DNA from: Pristiophorus japonicus | Lineage: Eukaryota | NCBI RefSeq assembly: GCF_044704955.1 | Contig: NC_091988.1 | Location: 93,124,001 to 93,188,000, forward strand | DNA length: 64,000 nucleotides | Reading direction: 5' to 3' | Part shown: in pieces, positions 11,455 to 24,100 of the stretch | Layout of the letters: each line of letters begins with the position of its first letter | Numbering within the stretch: position 1 is the first letter of the stretch | The notes under the pieces: generated by a model | The model's database searches: none | The model's input: only the letters and a program-made list of their open reading frames with translations | Told to the model about the DNA's origin: nothing | Position numbers and translations under genes: made by a program

Positions 11455-13080
11455 ACATAGAATTACATCGAATATACATCACAGAAACAGGCCATTTGGC
11501 CCAACTAGTCTGTGCTGGTGTTTATACTCCACATGAGTCTCCTCCCATTCCAGCCTTTCAGCATATCTTTTTATTCTCTTTTCTCTCATGTACTTGTCTA
11601 GTTTCCTTTTGAAAGCATCTAAACTATTTGCCTCAACTATTTCCTGTGGTAGCGAGCTCCACATTCTAAGTACTCTGAGTAAAGACATTTCTTCTTATTT
11701 TCTTGTTGGATTTTTTAGTAACTATCTTGTATTTATCCATTACGCTGATGATATCCAGGTCTACCTCACTACCACTTCTTTTGACCCCTCTACGGTCTCT
11801 AAATTTTCAGACTGCTGGTCCGACATCCAGTTCTGGATGAGCAGAAATTTTCTCCAATTGAATATTGGGAAGACCGAAGCCATTGTTTTCGGTCCCCGCC
11901 ACAAACTCCGTTCCCTAGCCACTGACTCCATCCCTCTCCCCAACCTCTGTCTGAGGCTGAACCACACTGTTCGCAACCTTGGTGTCATATTTGACCCTAA
12001 AATGAGCTTTCGACCACGTATCCGCAGCATTATTAAGACTGCTTATTTCCACCTCTGTAACATCGCCCATCTCCGCCCTTGCCTCAGCTCATCCGCTGCT
12101 GAAGCCCTCATTCATGCCTTTGTTACCTCTAGACTTGACTATTCCAACGCACTCCTGGCTGGCCTCCCACACTCTACCCCACGTAAACTAGAGGTTATCC
12201 AAAACTCGGCTGCCCATATCCTAACTCGCACCAAGTCCCGCTCACCCATCACTCCGGTGCTCGCTGACCTACATTGGCTTCCGGTTAAGCAATGTCTCGA
12301 TTTCAAAATTCTCATCCTTATTTTCAAATCCCTCCACGGCTTTGCCCCTCCCCCCATCTCTGTAATTTCCTCCAACCCCACAACCTCCCCGAGATGTCTG
12401 CGCCCCTCTAATTCTGCCCCCCTAAACATCTCTGATTATAATCGCTCAACCATTGGTGGCCATGCCTTCTGTTGGCTAGGCCCCAAGCTCTGGAACTCCC
12501 TGCCTAAACCTCTCCGCCTCTCTACCTCTCTTTCCTCCTTCAAGATGCTTAAAACATACCTCTGCCTCCTGCGCTAATTTCTACTTATGAGGCTCGGTGT
12601 CAAATTATTATCGCATAATACTCCTGTGAAGCGCCTTGGGATGTTTCACTACGTTGAAGGCGCTATATAAATACAAGTTGTTGTTATGGCCCCTAGGTTT
12701 GGATTCGCCCATAAGTGGAAACCTTCTCTCCACATCTACCCTGTCCAACCCATCCATAATTCTGAAGACCGCTTCAGGTCACCGCTACGTCTTCTCTCTG
12801 CTCTAAAGAAAAAAGCCCCAACCTGTTCAGTCTTTGCCATAGCTGTAGTCTCTCGGTCTGCGACCATCCTTGTAAATGTTTTTTGCACTTTCTCCGGTAC
12901 TTCTATGTCCTTTATTTATAATATAGAAACCACAACTGTGCACTGTACTGCAAGTGTGCCCTGACGAGGGTCCTATACAAGTTTTACATAACTTCTCCTT
13001 TAGAAATCCAGAAATAAAACCCAGCATTTTTAATTGCTTTGCTGACCTGCAATTATGCTTTGAATGATTTGTACACCATT
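11455..13080 (-). mobile_element. Old CR1 3' region, split by an L2 insertion
   Basis: The minus strand encodes LRMWSSLPQEIVEANSLDAFKRKLD. CR1 sequence resumes at ~12685. Confidence 0.65.
11738..12684 (+). mobile_element. 5'-truncated L2 LINE with an open RT C-terminal frame
   Basis: HYADDIQVY, LQLNIGKTE, VRNLGVIFD, AFVTSRLDYSNALL, LHWLPV. Tail ggcgctatataaatacaag(ttg)n. The 11588-12577 ORF is a chimera of antisense CR1 and this L2. Confidence 0.9.
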
Positions 13081-14220
13081 ATCCCTGGACCTCTTCCTCC
13101 TCTCCTGGAGACTCAGACAGCAGCAGCAACAGCTCCTTCCTCCACAGGCTCACAGCTCCAAGTGGCTAAGCCACTCCCACAACAGCTCTACAATAAAGAA
13201 CTTTAAATCAAGTACCCCCTTTTTGTAAGGGCACTAGAACCCACAAATGTCCTGTATCCCTAGATCCCTTTGCTCTTCTACCCCATTCACTTTCTTATTT
13301 TCTAAGGTACAGGTGATGTTTCCATTGGCCCTACTCAAGTATATTATCTTACATTTATCGATTTTAAAGTTAATTTGCCACTTAACTGCCCAGTCTGCAA
13401 GTTTTCTAATGTATTATGTTGCATTCTTCCTCAGTGTTAGCTATACAGCTATGTGCCCTACCCACCATAGCCTGACTGCCTCTCTGTGCCCCCAGTGCAC
13501 ACAGTTTGGATATAGTGATTAACATGCTAGGCTCAATCCCCTCGCCTGTCCAATAGAGGCGGAGGGAGGCCACTGAGTTGCCAGTGTAAGAATGGTGATA
13601 AATAGCTGGTTCCGATTTGAAGGCTAGTGAAAATGGGTGCGGAATTAAATTATTTATGCCCTCTCTACTTTGTGAACACCTGCAATGCCCATGGAACAAC
13701 TAAACAAATCATTTTTTAATAAATCATCTTTTTTTACTATCATTTAGTATTCTGGAGATGCTTGCAGCAAAAGGGAGCTTCACAGAATTTGTATATTTAT
13801 TCAGTCTCAGGATCATTTGATTTGTGTACTCAGTCAGTGTGACATAATAATCAATTTGCTGTGTTATCTACGTTGCTTAATTTAAGTTGTTCCCTGTGCA
13901 TTATCTGATGGTTCCATTTTTTATGAGCATTAAATTACCACTCTGTGTTACTTGTGTTTTAATTTGAATTATTGGGCAATTCAAAATGTTCCAATGCAAT
14001 AAATAAAAATGATTGACTCATCAGGAGTGGGACCGCATTGGCTCAGTCTCAGGATTGCAGGGTTAGTGAACGTGGCCAGTGACTTGTTGGCAGGATCTGT
14101 TCGTACAGTCAGTTCCAAAAACGTGCAGAGTGTCATAAAAATGGGCAACTTTTTGTTTTTGGCTTTACCTGTCACTTTAAATGCAACAGAAACTTGGCTA
14201 TTCAGGATAGAAGCTGCCCC

Positions 14221-14464
14221 TTTTTTTTAAAAATTCGTAGCCAATCTTTCCAATTCTTTGTCAAATCACAAACGCCAGAGGTCACCTTGCACACATCAAG
14301 GATCACTCTGTGCCAATGCTCTTAGCCAAAAGGCCGAGAGCCACTGCACCGTTCCTGGAAGTACTGCAATACCAGGTTCGTGCCATGGAGGTGGATGGGT
14401 CAGGCCCCCCACACACCTCCGTGGAGGTGGATGGGTCAATCCACCCCACCCACCTCCTATTTCC
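14221..14464 (-). mobile_element. U2 snRNA-derived short retroposon (SINE-like), copy 1
   Basis: Minus strand: two U2 SLIII-like hairpins, U2 3' end (acctggtattgcagtacttccaggaacggtgca; 14345-14377), U2 5' end (tctcggccttttggctaaga; 14320-14339), ~90 nt unique tail, poly(A). Near-identical copy at 48280. Confidence 0.8.
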
Positions 14465-14964
14465 TCAAGGCTTCAAACTGGCAGCTGGTGGAGTCTTGGC
14501 TACGAGAACAAGGCTGTTTGCCTTTAATCAGAAATCAATTACTTTGAAGGCACTTTGAACCAGGTGTAAATTGACTATGCCTATTGCACTTTGAACTGGG
14601 TCAAGCGCCCAAATCCAGATGATTTATCTTTACAGTCCTCGCCAGCACCCCATTTGGTGATCTGTAATTCAGTAAGCCCGTGCTTACTGCATAGACTATA
14701 CTATTTATACTGAGCAACAAGATCGCATACATCTGAAGGAGATTTCGAGACCTGTTGACCTACTATACTTGGTTAATCCCTGTTTCTAGACCTCTCGTCC
14801 TGTATTGTCACTTTTAAAGGCTGAACTGCTTTTTTCTGTGAGTAACTCTATTTACAAATTCAGCTGATCATTAGATTACAAAATGTGTGGCTGATCCACC
14901 TTCTGAAGAGTGGGGTGCAGTGGAATTCTACATGCTATTGAGAAGCGATTTTAAAAGGTGGCGA

Positions 14965-17590
14965 GCCACTGAGGCATGGCTGAAAGAAGGGCAGGTATGG
15001 CAGCTCAACATTCCTGGTTATAGGGTTTTCAGACAGGATAGAGAGGGGGTAAAAAAGGAGGGGGTGGCAGTATTGATTAAAGAAACAATTGCAGCTGTGA
15101 GGAGGGATCATATGTTGGAAGGATCATCAAGTGAGGCCATATGGGTCGAATTGAAAAACAAAAAAGGGGCGATCACACTGCTGGGAGTGTACTATAGACC
15201 CCCAAACAGTCAGAGGGAGATAGAAGAGCAAATATTTAGGCAAAAACTATAGGGCAGTAATAGTAGGAGATTTCAACTACCCTAATATTAACTGGGATAA
15301 AATTAATGTGAAAGGTATAGAGGGTGCAGAATCCTAAAATGCATTCAGGAGAACTTTTTTAGCCCGTATGTAGCAATCCCAACAAGGGAGGGGGCAGTTC
15401 TGGACTTTGTTTTAGGGAATGAAGCTGGGCAGGTGGAAGGGGTATCAATGGGTGCTAGTGATCATAATTCAGTTCGATTTAGGGTAGTTATGGAAAAGGA
15501 CAAAGTTAGACCAGGAATAAAAGTTCTCAATTGAGGAAAAGCCAATTTTGCTAAGCTGAGAGGTGATTTAGCCATAGTGGACTGAAAACAGCTACTTGAA
15601 GGTAAATCAGTGTCAGAGCAGTGGGAGGCATTCAAGGAGGAGATCATGAAAGTTCAGGCCAAATATGTGCCCTTTAAAGAAAAAGGGTGGGACTAACAAA
15701 TCTAGAGCCCTCTGGATGTCAAGGGACATACAGGGTAGGTTAAAAGAAAAGTAGAGAGGATTATGACCAATACCAAGGGCTCAATTCTGCAGAAACTCTA
15801 GCAGAGTATAGAAAATGCAATTAAAAAGGAAATTAGGAAAGCAAAGAGAGAGCATGAAAATATTTTGGCAAGTAAAATTGAGGTAAACCCAAAAATGTTT
15901 TATAAATACATTAGGAGCAAGAAGATAACTAAAGAAAGAGTGGGGCCTATTAGAGACCATAAAAATAATGTGTGTATGGAGGCCGAAGACGTGGGTATGG
16001 TTCTTAACGAATACTTTGTATCTGTTTTCACAAAAGAGAGGGACGATGCAGACATCGCAATGAGGAGGAGTGTGAAATATTAGATGAAATAAACATAGTG
16101 AGATAGGAAATATTAAGGGGTTTAGCAACTTTAAAAGTGAATAAATCTCCAGACCCGGGTGAAATGACTCCCAGGCTGTTAAGAGAAGCAAACGAGGAAA
16201 TAGCAGAGGCTCTGACCATCATTTTCCAATCTTCTCTGGCTACAGGTGTTGTGCCGGAGGACTGCTAACGTGGTACTTTTGTTTAAAAAGGGAGAAAGGG
16301 ATAGACCGAGTAATTACAGGCCAGCCGCTGGTGGGAAAATTATTGGAAAAAATTCTGAGGGACAGGATAAATCTTCATTTGAAAGGCACGGATTAATCAA
16401 GGACAGTCAGCATGGATTTGTTCAGAGAAGGTCATGTTTGACTAACTTGATGGCATTTTTTTGGGAGTGAATTTAATGTAGTGTATATGGATTTTAGCAA
16501 AGCTTTTGATAAGGTCCCACATGGCAGATTGGTCACGAAAGTAAAAGCCCATGGGATCCAGGGCAAAGTGTCAAGTTGGATCCAAAATTGGCTCAGGGGC
16601 AGGAAGCAAAGGGTAATGGTTGATGGGTGCTTTTGTGACTGGAGGGCTGTTTCCAGTGGAGTTCCGCAGGGCTCAGTACTAGGTCACTTGCTTGTGGTAT
16701 ATATCAATGATTTAGTCTTGAATGTAGGGGGTATGATTAAGAAGATGGTACTAAAATCAGCTGTGTGGTTGAAAGCTGTGGACTGCAGGTAGATATCAAT
16801 CAACTGGTCAGGTGGGCAGAACGCTGGCAAATGGAATTCAATTCAGAGAAGTGTGAGGTAATGCATTTGGGGAGGACTAACAAGGCAAAGGAATACGCAT
16901 TAAATAGTACGAAGTGTAGAGGAACGAAGGGTCCTTGGAGTGCAGGTCCACAGATCCCTGAAGGTAGCAGGCCTGCTAGATAAGGTGATTAAGAAGGCAT
17001 ACGGAATACTTGCCTTTATTAGCCGAGGCATAGAATACAAGAGCAGGGAGGTAATGCTTGAACTATATAAAACACTAGTTAGGTCACAGCGAGAGTACTG
17101 TGTGCAGTTCTGGTCACCACATTACAGGAAAAATGTGATAACACTAGAGAGGGTACAGAGGAGATTTCCGAGGGTATTGCCAGGACTGGAGAATTTTAGC
17201 TATGAGGAAAGATTGAATAGGCTGGGGTTGTTTTCTTTGGAACAGAGGAGGCTGAGGGGAGAGCTTATTGAGATGTATAAAATTCTGAGAGACCTATATA
17301 GAGTGGATAGGACGGACCTATTTCCCTTAGCAGAGGGGTCAAGAACCAGGAGGCATAGATTTAAAGTAATTGGTAGAAGGCTAAGAGGGGATTCTTCACC
17401 CAGAGGGTGGTGGGAGTCTGGAACTCACTGCCTGAAACCCTCACCACATTCAAAAAGGACTTGGATGTGCACCTAAAATGCTGTAACCTACAGGCCTGCG
17501 GATCAAGAGCTGGAAAGTGGCATTAGACTGGATAGCTCTTCGACTGGAGCGGATACGATGGGCCGAAATGACCTCCTTCTGTGCTGTAAA
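14965..17590 (+). mobile_element. Degenerate CR1 LINE (endonuclease + RT + 3' tail)
   Basis: [44 protein letters not shown]. Many frameshifts. Ends in a (ttctatga)n tail. Confidence 0.9.
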
Positions 17591-17734
17591 TTTCTATGAT
17601 TCTATGAATCTAACCCTGAGCTCACTAATTTGCTCACTTCATGCTTTAATATTGTAAGCTTTGACTCACGGGACACAGGGCTTGCCCACGGAACACAACT
17701 GAAGAGCATTGGAAGATACTGTGTATCATAACAC

Positions 17735-18076
17735 TAGGTTTATATACTCGGTCAGTTTCAAGAGCCAGGGTTTATATACTCGGTCAGTTTCAAGAACCAG
17801 GGTTTATAGACTTGGTCAGTTTCAAGAACCAGGGTTTATAGACTCGGTCAGTTTCAAGAACCAAGGTTTATATACTCGGTCAGTTTCAAGAGCCAGGGTT
17901 TATATACTTGATCAGTTTCAAGAACCAGGGTTTATATACTCGGTCAGTTTCAAGAGCCAGGGTTTATATACTCGGTCAGTTTCAAGAACCAGGGTTTAAT
18001 ACTCGGTCAGTTTCAAGAACCAGGGTTTAATACACAGTTTCACGGTGTTGGCATTGGTGTACTCGGTCAGTTTCAG
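17735..18076. repeat. 32-bp minisatellite, about 9 copies plus a partial copy
   Basis: Unit gggtttatatactcggtcagtttcaaga(a/g)cca, with 32-nt spacing (17751, 17783, 17815...). Confidence 0.95.
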
Positions 18077-18149
18077 CCCACTGCTTTTCTCTGTGCTTCT
18101 CTTGGCATCCTCTGAAGGGCCACTGTGGCACTCGTCGCTGTCTCCTCAT

Positions 18150-21100
18150 GAGTAGCAACCCTAACAGTCCAAAGCAATGCTCTCACTGACCTTGCTGCCC
18201 AGCTTGCCTGCAGGGGGTTAACCTTGCCAATCTTCTCCCCATCCAACTCATCCCTCCAAGCGCTGGCCCTGTGGACTCTGGCAGTGGATCAGCCATCATG
18301 GACCCTCTCCGCATCTCCCTGCAGAATGTCTGTTCACTTACGAACAAGGCCCTTGCCACCCATGAGCTTATCGTGGATGATACCATCGACATCATGGTCC
18401 TGACGGAAACTTGGCTGAGGGGAGTGATGACACTTTACCTTTAAACGAAGCCTCCCAGCCTGGCTATCAGACCGCCATGGTGACGGTGTGGTTCTCATCA
18501 CCAAATCACACCTTGGTCTGTCCCTCTCCAGCACTTTCTCCTCCTTTGAACATCTCACCTTATTCCACCTCTCTCCTCATTTAAAATTCTAGTTCTCTAT
18601 CCCACACCCAAGTACGATAATATTTTTATCACCGGGATATCTTCACTGCTTTCCTCCCTCAGCCTCTTCATTGAGCGACTTCTCATCCTCGGTGATTTCA
18701 ATCTCCATCTCAATTCATCATGCTCTCTCCACTGAGTTCCCAACCCTCCTATCCTCCCTTAATCTCCCGCCATGTGAACTCCCTAACCCATATTCACGGC
18801 CAACCCCATGACCTTGCCATCTCTCGTGGCCTCACTATTCCTACCGTGTCAATTTCCGCTAAGTCCATCTCTGACCATTTCCTTGTATTGCTCGGCACCC
18901 ACATACCCCTTCCCCAACCCAACCCTACTTCCTTCTGCGTCTGGCCCTGGAAAAAACTCTCTCCAAACTTTCTGACAAGTGCATTTATCAACTCCCAGCT
19001 GTCCAGCCTCTGGCCCTCCATTCACCATGACATTTCTGCAGTTACCGATCTGCTCAATCACACCCTCACCACCACCTCTGATGCCCTAGCCCTATTAAAA
19101 CCATTACTCTCTCTCACTCTGGCCGCTCGCCCCGGTACAGCCCTGATCTTCGCTCCCTCGTCCAAGGGACGCAGAATTGAACGGATGTGGCAGACAACTG
19201 GTTTAGCCATTCACCGCCAGGTCTGGCCGGACCACATCAAGCACCATCGGGTCCTACTTTTATCTGCCAAAACTGCTGACTGTTCCAGGATCATTCTGTA
19301 ATGGAAAGATAACTCCCGGCTATTTTTCTCTACTGCTAACCGTCTTCTTAAATCCCTCTCCCCTGTCTCCACCACACTCACCTCCAACAACAAGTGCGAG
19401 GAGCTCCTGGACTTATTTGTCTCAAAGATTGAGACCATCCAATCAGCTGCCTAAGCGAGTTTCCTTCCTTCCCCTAGCCCACTGGGCCAAACTTCCTCTG
19501 AGGTTCCCCCTGTCCTAGCCCTGAATTCGTATCTTCCCCAGTTTCTCTCCGATCTTCCCTCATGACCTCTCTGAGCTCATCCTGTCCATGAGACCCACTT
19601 CCTGCTCCCTGACCCTATTCCCATCAAACTGCTGACCACCCAACTTTCTTTTCTGGCTCCCATGTTAGCTGACATTGTTAACAGTTCTCTCTCCTCAGGT
19701 ACTGTTCCCCTCTCCTTCAAATCTGCCGTCATTGCCCCTCTCCTCAAAAAAAACAACCCTCGACCCCACTTTGCTTGCTAGCTACCGCCCCATCTCCAAC
19801 CTCCCTTTCCGCTCCAAAGTCCTTGACCATGTTGTCGCCTCCCAAATCCATGCCCATCTTTCTTGGAATTCTGTGTTTGAATCCCTTCAATTTAGTTTCT
19901 GCCCCGTCATAGTACCAAAACGGCTCTCATCAATGTCACAAATGACATCTTTTGTACCTGTGAAAAAGGTAAACTATCCTCGTCCTCCTTGTCATTCTCG
20001 ACCTGTCTGCAGCTTTTAACACGGATGACCACTCCATCCTCCTCCAAATCCTCTCCACCATCGTCCAGCTGGGTGGGACTGCAATTGCCTGGTTCCATTC
20101 TTATCTCTCTAATCGTAGCCAAAGAATCACTTGCAATGGTTTCTCTTCCCACCCCCGCATTGTTCCCTCTGGTGTCCCTCAAGGATCTGTCCTTGGCCCC
20201 CTCCTATTTCACATCTACTTGCTGCCCCTTGGTGACATCATCCGAAAACACGGAGTCAGTTTCCACAAGTACGCTGACGACACCCAGCTCTACCTCACTA
20301 CCACGTCTCTCGACCTCTCCATGGTCTCTAAATTGTCAGATTGCTTGTCTAACATCCAGTACTGGATAAACAGAAATTTTCTCCAGTTAAATATTGGGAA
20401 GGCCAAAGCCATTATCTTTGGTCCCTGCCACAAACTGCGTTCCCTAGCCACTGACTCCTTCCCTCTCCATAGCATCTGTCTGAGGCTGAACCAGACTGTT
20501 CGCAACCTAGGCGTCATATTTAACCCTGAAACGAGGTTCTGGCCACATATCCACGGCATAACTAAAACCACCTATTTCAACCTCTCTAACATTGCCCACC
20601 TCCGCTCCAGCCTCAGCTCATCTGCTGCCGAAACCCTCACCCATGCCTTTGTTACCTCTAGACTTGACTACTACAACGCATTCCTGGCTGGCCTCCCACA
20701 TTCTATCCTACCTAAACTTGAGTTCATCCAAAACTCGGTAGCTCGTGTCCTAACTCGCACCAAGTGGTCATCCCCCTGCAAAACAGATACACTGATTTGA
20801 GTACTGTTGAGGGGGATGACTCATCAGGGGAGGGCAGCAGCAGCCAAGTTCATGGCACCGTGGCTGGCTCTGTTGCACAGGAGGGCAGGAAAAATAGTGG
20901 GAGAGCGATAGTGATAGGGGATTCAATTGTAAGGGGAATAGATAGGCGTTTCTGCGGCCGCAACCGAGACTCCAGGATGGTATGTTGCCTCCCTGGTACA
21001 AGGGTCAAGGATGTCTCTGAGCGGGTGCAGGACATTCTAAAAAGGGAGGGAGAACAGCCAGTTGTCGTGGTGCACATTGGTACCAACGACATAGGTAAAA

Positions 21101-24100
21101 AAAAGGGATGAGGTCCTACGAAACGAATTTAAGGAGCTAGGAGCTAAATTAAAAAGTAGGACCTCAAAAGTAGTAATCTCGGGATTGCTACCAGTGCCAC
21201 GTGCTAGTCAGAGTAGGAATCGCAGGATAGCGCAGATGAATACGTGGCTTGAGCAGTGGTGCAGCAGGGAGGGATTCAAATTCCTGGGACATTGGAACCG
21301 GTTCTGGGGGAGGTGGGACCAGTACAAAGCGGACGGTCTGCACCTGGGCAGGACCAGAACCAATGTCCTAGGGGGAGTGTTTGCTAGTGCTGTTGGGGAG
21401 GAGTTAAACTAATATGGCAGGGGGATGGGAACCAATGCAGGGAGACAGAGGGAAACAAAAAGGAGACAAAAGCAAAAGACAGAAAGGAGATGAGGAAAAG
21501 TGGAGGGCAGAGAAACCCAAGACAAAAAACAAAAAGGGCCACTGTACAGCAAAATTCTAAAAGGACAAAGTGTGTTAAAAAAACAAGCCTGAAGGCTTTG
21601 TGTCTTAATGCAAGGAGTATCCGTAATAAGGTGGATGAATTAACTGTGCAAATAGATGTTAACAAATATGATGTGATTGGGATTACGGAGATGTGGCTCC
21701 AGGATGATCAGGGCTGGGAACTCAACATCCAGGGGTATTCAACATTCAGGAAGGATAGAATAAAAGGAAAAGGAGGTGGGGTAGCATTGCTGGTTAAAGA
21801 GGAGATTAATGCAATAGTTAGAATGGACATTAGCTTGGATGATGTGGAATCTATATGGGTAGAGCTGCAGAACACAAAAGGGCAAAAAACGTTAGTGGGA
21901 GTTGTGTACAGATCTCCAAACAGTAGTAGTGATTTTGGGGAGGGCATCAAACAGGAAATTAGGGGTGCATGCAATAAGGGTGCAGCAGTTATAATGGGTG
22001 ACTTTAATATGCACATAGATTGGGCTAACCAAACTGGAAGCAATACGGTGGAGGAGGATTTCCTGAAGTGCATAAGGGATGGTTTTCTAGACCAATATGT
22101 CGAGGAACCAACCAGGGGGGAGGCCATCTTAGACTGGGTGTTGTGTAATGAGAGAGGATTAATTAGCAGTCCCGTTGTGCGAGGCCCCTTGGGGAAGAGT
22201 GACCATAATATGGTGGAATTCTGCATTAGGATGGAGAATGAAACAGTTAATTCAGAGACCATGGTCCAGAACTTAAAGAAAGGTAACTTTGAAGGTATGA
22301 GGCATGAATTGGCTAGGATTGATTGGCGAATGATACTTAAGGGGTTGACTGTGGATGGGCATTGACAGACATTTAGAGAGCGCATGGATGAACTACAACA
22401 ATTGTACATTCCTGTCTGTCGTAAAAATAAAAAAGGGAAGGTGACTCAACTGTGGCTATCAAGGGAAATCAGGGATAGTATTAAAGCAAAGGAAGTGGCA
22501 TACAAATTGGCCAGAAATAGCAGTGAACCCGGAGACTGGGAGAAATTTAGAACTCAGCAGAGGAGGACAAAGTGTTTGATTAGGGCAGGGAAAATGGAGT
22601 ACGAGAAGAAGCTTGCAGGGAACATTAAGACGGATTGCAAAAGTTTCTATAGATATGTAAAGAGAAAAAGGTTAGTAAAGACAAATGTAGGTCCCCTGCA
22701 ATCAGAATCAGGGGAAGTCATAACGGGGAACAAAGAAATGGCGGACCAATTGAACAAGTACTTTGGTTCGGTATTCACTAAGGAGGACACTAACAACCTT
22801 CCGGATATAAGAGGGGTCAGAGGGTCTAGTAAGGAGGAGGAACTGAGGGAAATCCTTATTAGTCGGGAAATTGTGTTGGGGAAATTAATGGGATTGAAGG
22901 CCGATAAATCCCCAGGGCCTGATGGACTGCATCCCAGAATACTTAAGGAGGTGGCCTTTGAAATAGCGGATGCATTGACAGTCATTTTCCAACATTCCAT
23001 TGACTCTGGATCAGTTTCTATCGAGTGGAGGGTAGCCAATGTAACCCCACTTTTTTAAAAAGGAGGGAGAGAGAAAACAGGGAATTATAGACCGGTCAGC
23101 CTGACATCGGTAGTAGGTAAAATGATGGAATCAATTATTAAGGATGTCATAGCAGCGCATTTGGAAAGAGGTGACATGATAGGTCCAAGTCAGCATGGAT
23201 TTGTGAAAGGGAAATCATGCTTGACAAATCTTCTAGAATTTTTTGAGGATGTTTCCAGTAGAGTGGACAAGGGAGAACCAGTTGATGTGGTATATTTGTA
23301 CTTTCAGAAGGCTTTCGACAAAGTCCCACACAAGAGATTAATGTGCAAAGTTAAAGCACATGGGATTGGGGGTAGTGTGCTGACATGGATTGAGAACTGG
23401 TTGTCAGACAGGAAGCAAAGAGTAGGAGTAAATGGGTACTTTTCAGAATGGCAGGCGGTGACTAGTGGGGTACCGCAAGGTTCTGTGCTGGGGCCCCAGC
23501 TGTTTACACTGTACATTAATGATTTAGACGAGGGGATTTAATGTAGTATCTCCAAATTTGCGGATGACACTAAGTTAGGTGGCAGTGTGAGCTGCGAGGA
23601 GGATGCTATGAGGCTGCAGAACGACTTGGATAGGTTAGGTGAGTGGGCAAATGCATGGCAGATGAAGTATAATGTGGATAAATGTGAGGTTATCCACTTT
23701 GGTGGTAAAAACAGAGAGACAGACTATTATCTGAATGGTGACAGATTAGGAAAAGGGGAGGTGCAACGAGACCTGGGTGTCATGGTACATCAGTCATTGA
23801 AGGTTGGCATGCAAGTACAGCAGGCGGTTAAGAAAGCAAATGGCATGTTGGCCTTCATAGCGAGGGGATTTGAGTACAGGGGCAGGGAGGTGTTGCTACA
23901 GTTGTACAGGGCCTTGGTGAGGCTACACCTGGAGTATTGTGTACAGTTTTGGTCTCCTAACTTGAGGAAGGACATTCTTGCTATTGAGGGAGTGCAGCGA
24001 AGGTTCACCAGACTGATTCCCGGGATGGCAGGACTGACCTATCAAGAAAGACTGGATCAACTGGGCTTGTATTCACTGGAGTTCAGAAGAATGAGAGGGG

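Noticed and set aside
11588-12577. 329-aa ORF as a host gene
   Set aside because: It is a chance fusion of antisense CR1 sequence with an L2 RT fragment.
14320-14464. Functional U2 snRNA gene
   Set aside because: The segments are permuted, the branch-point recognition region and Sm site are missing, and a poly(A) tail is present.
17735-18076. CRISPR-like regular repeat
   Set aside because: The units are head-to-tail with no unique spacers, there are no cas genes, and the context is eukaryotic.
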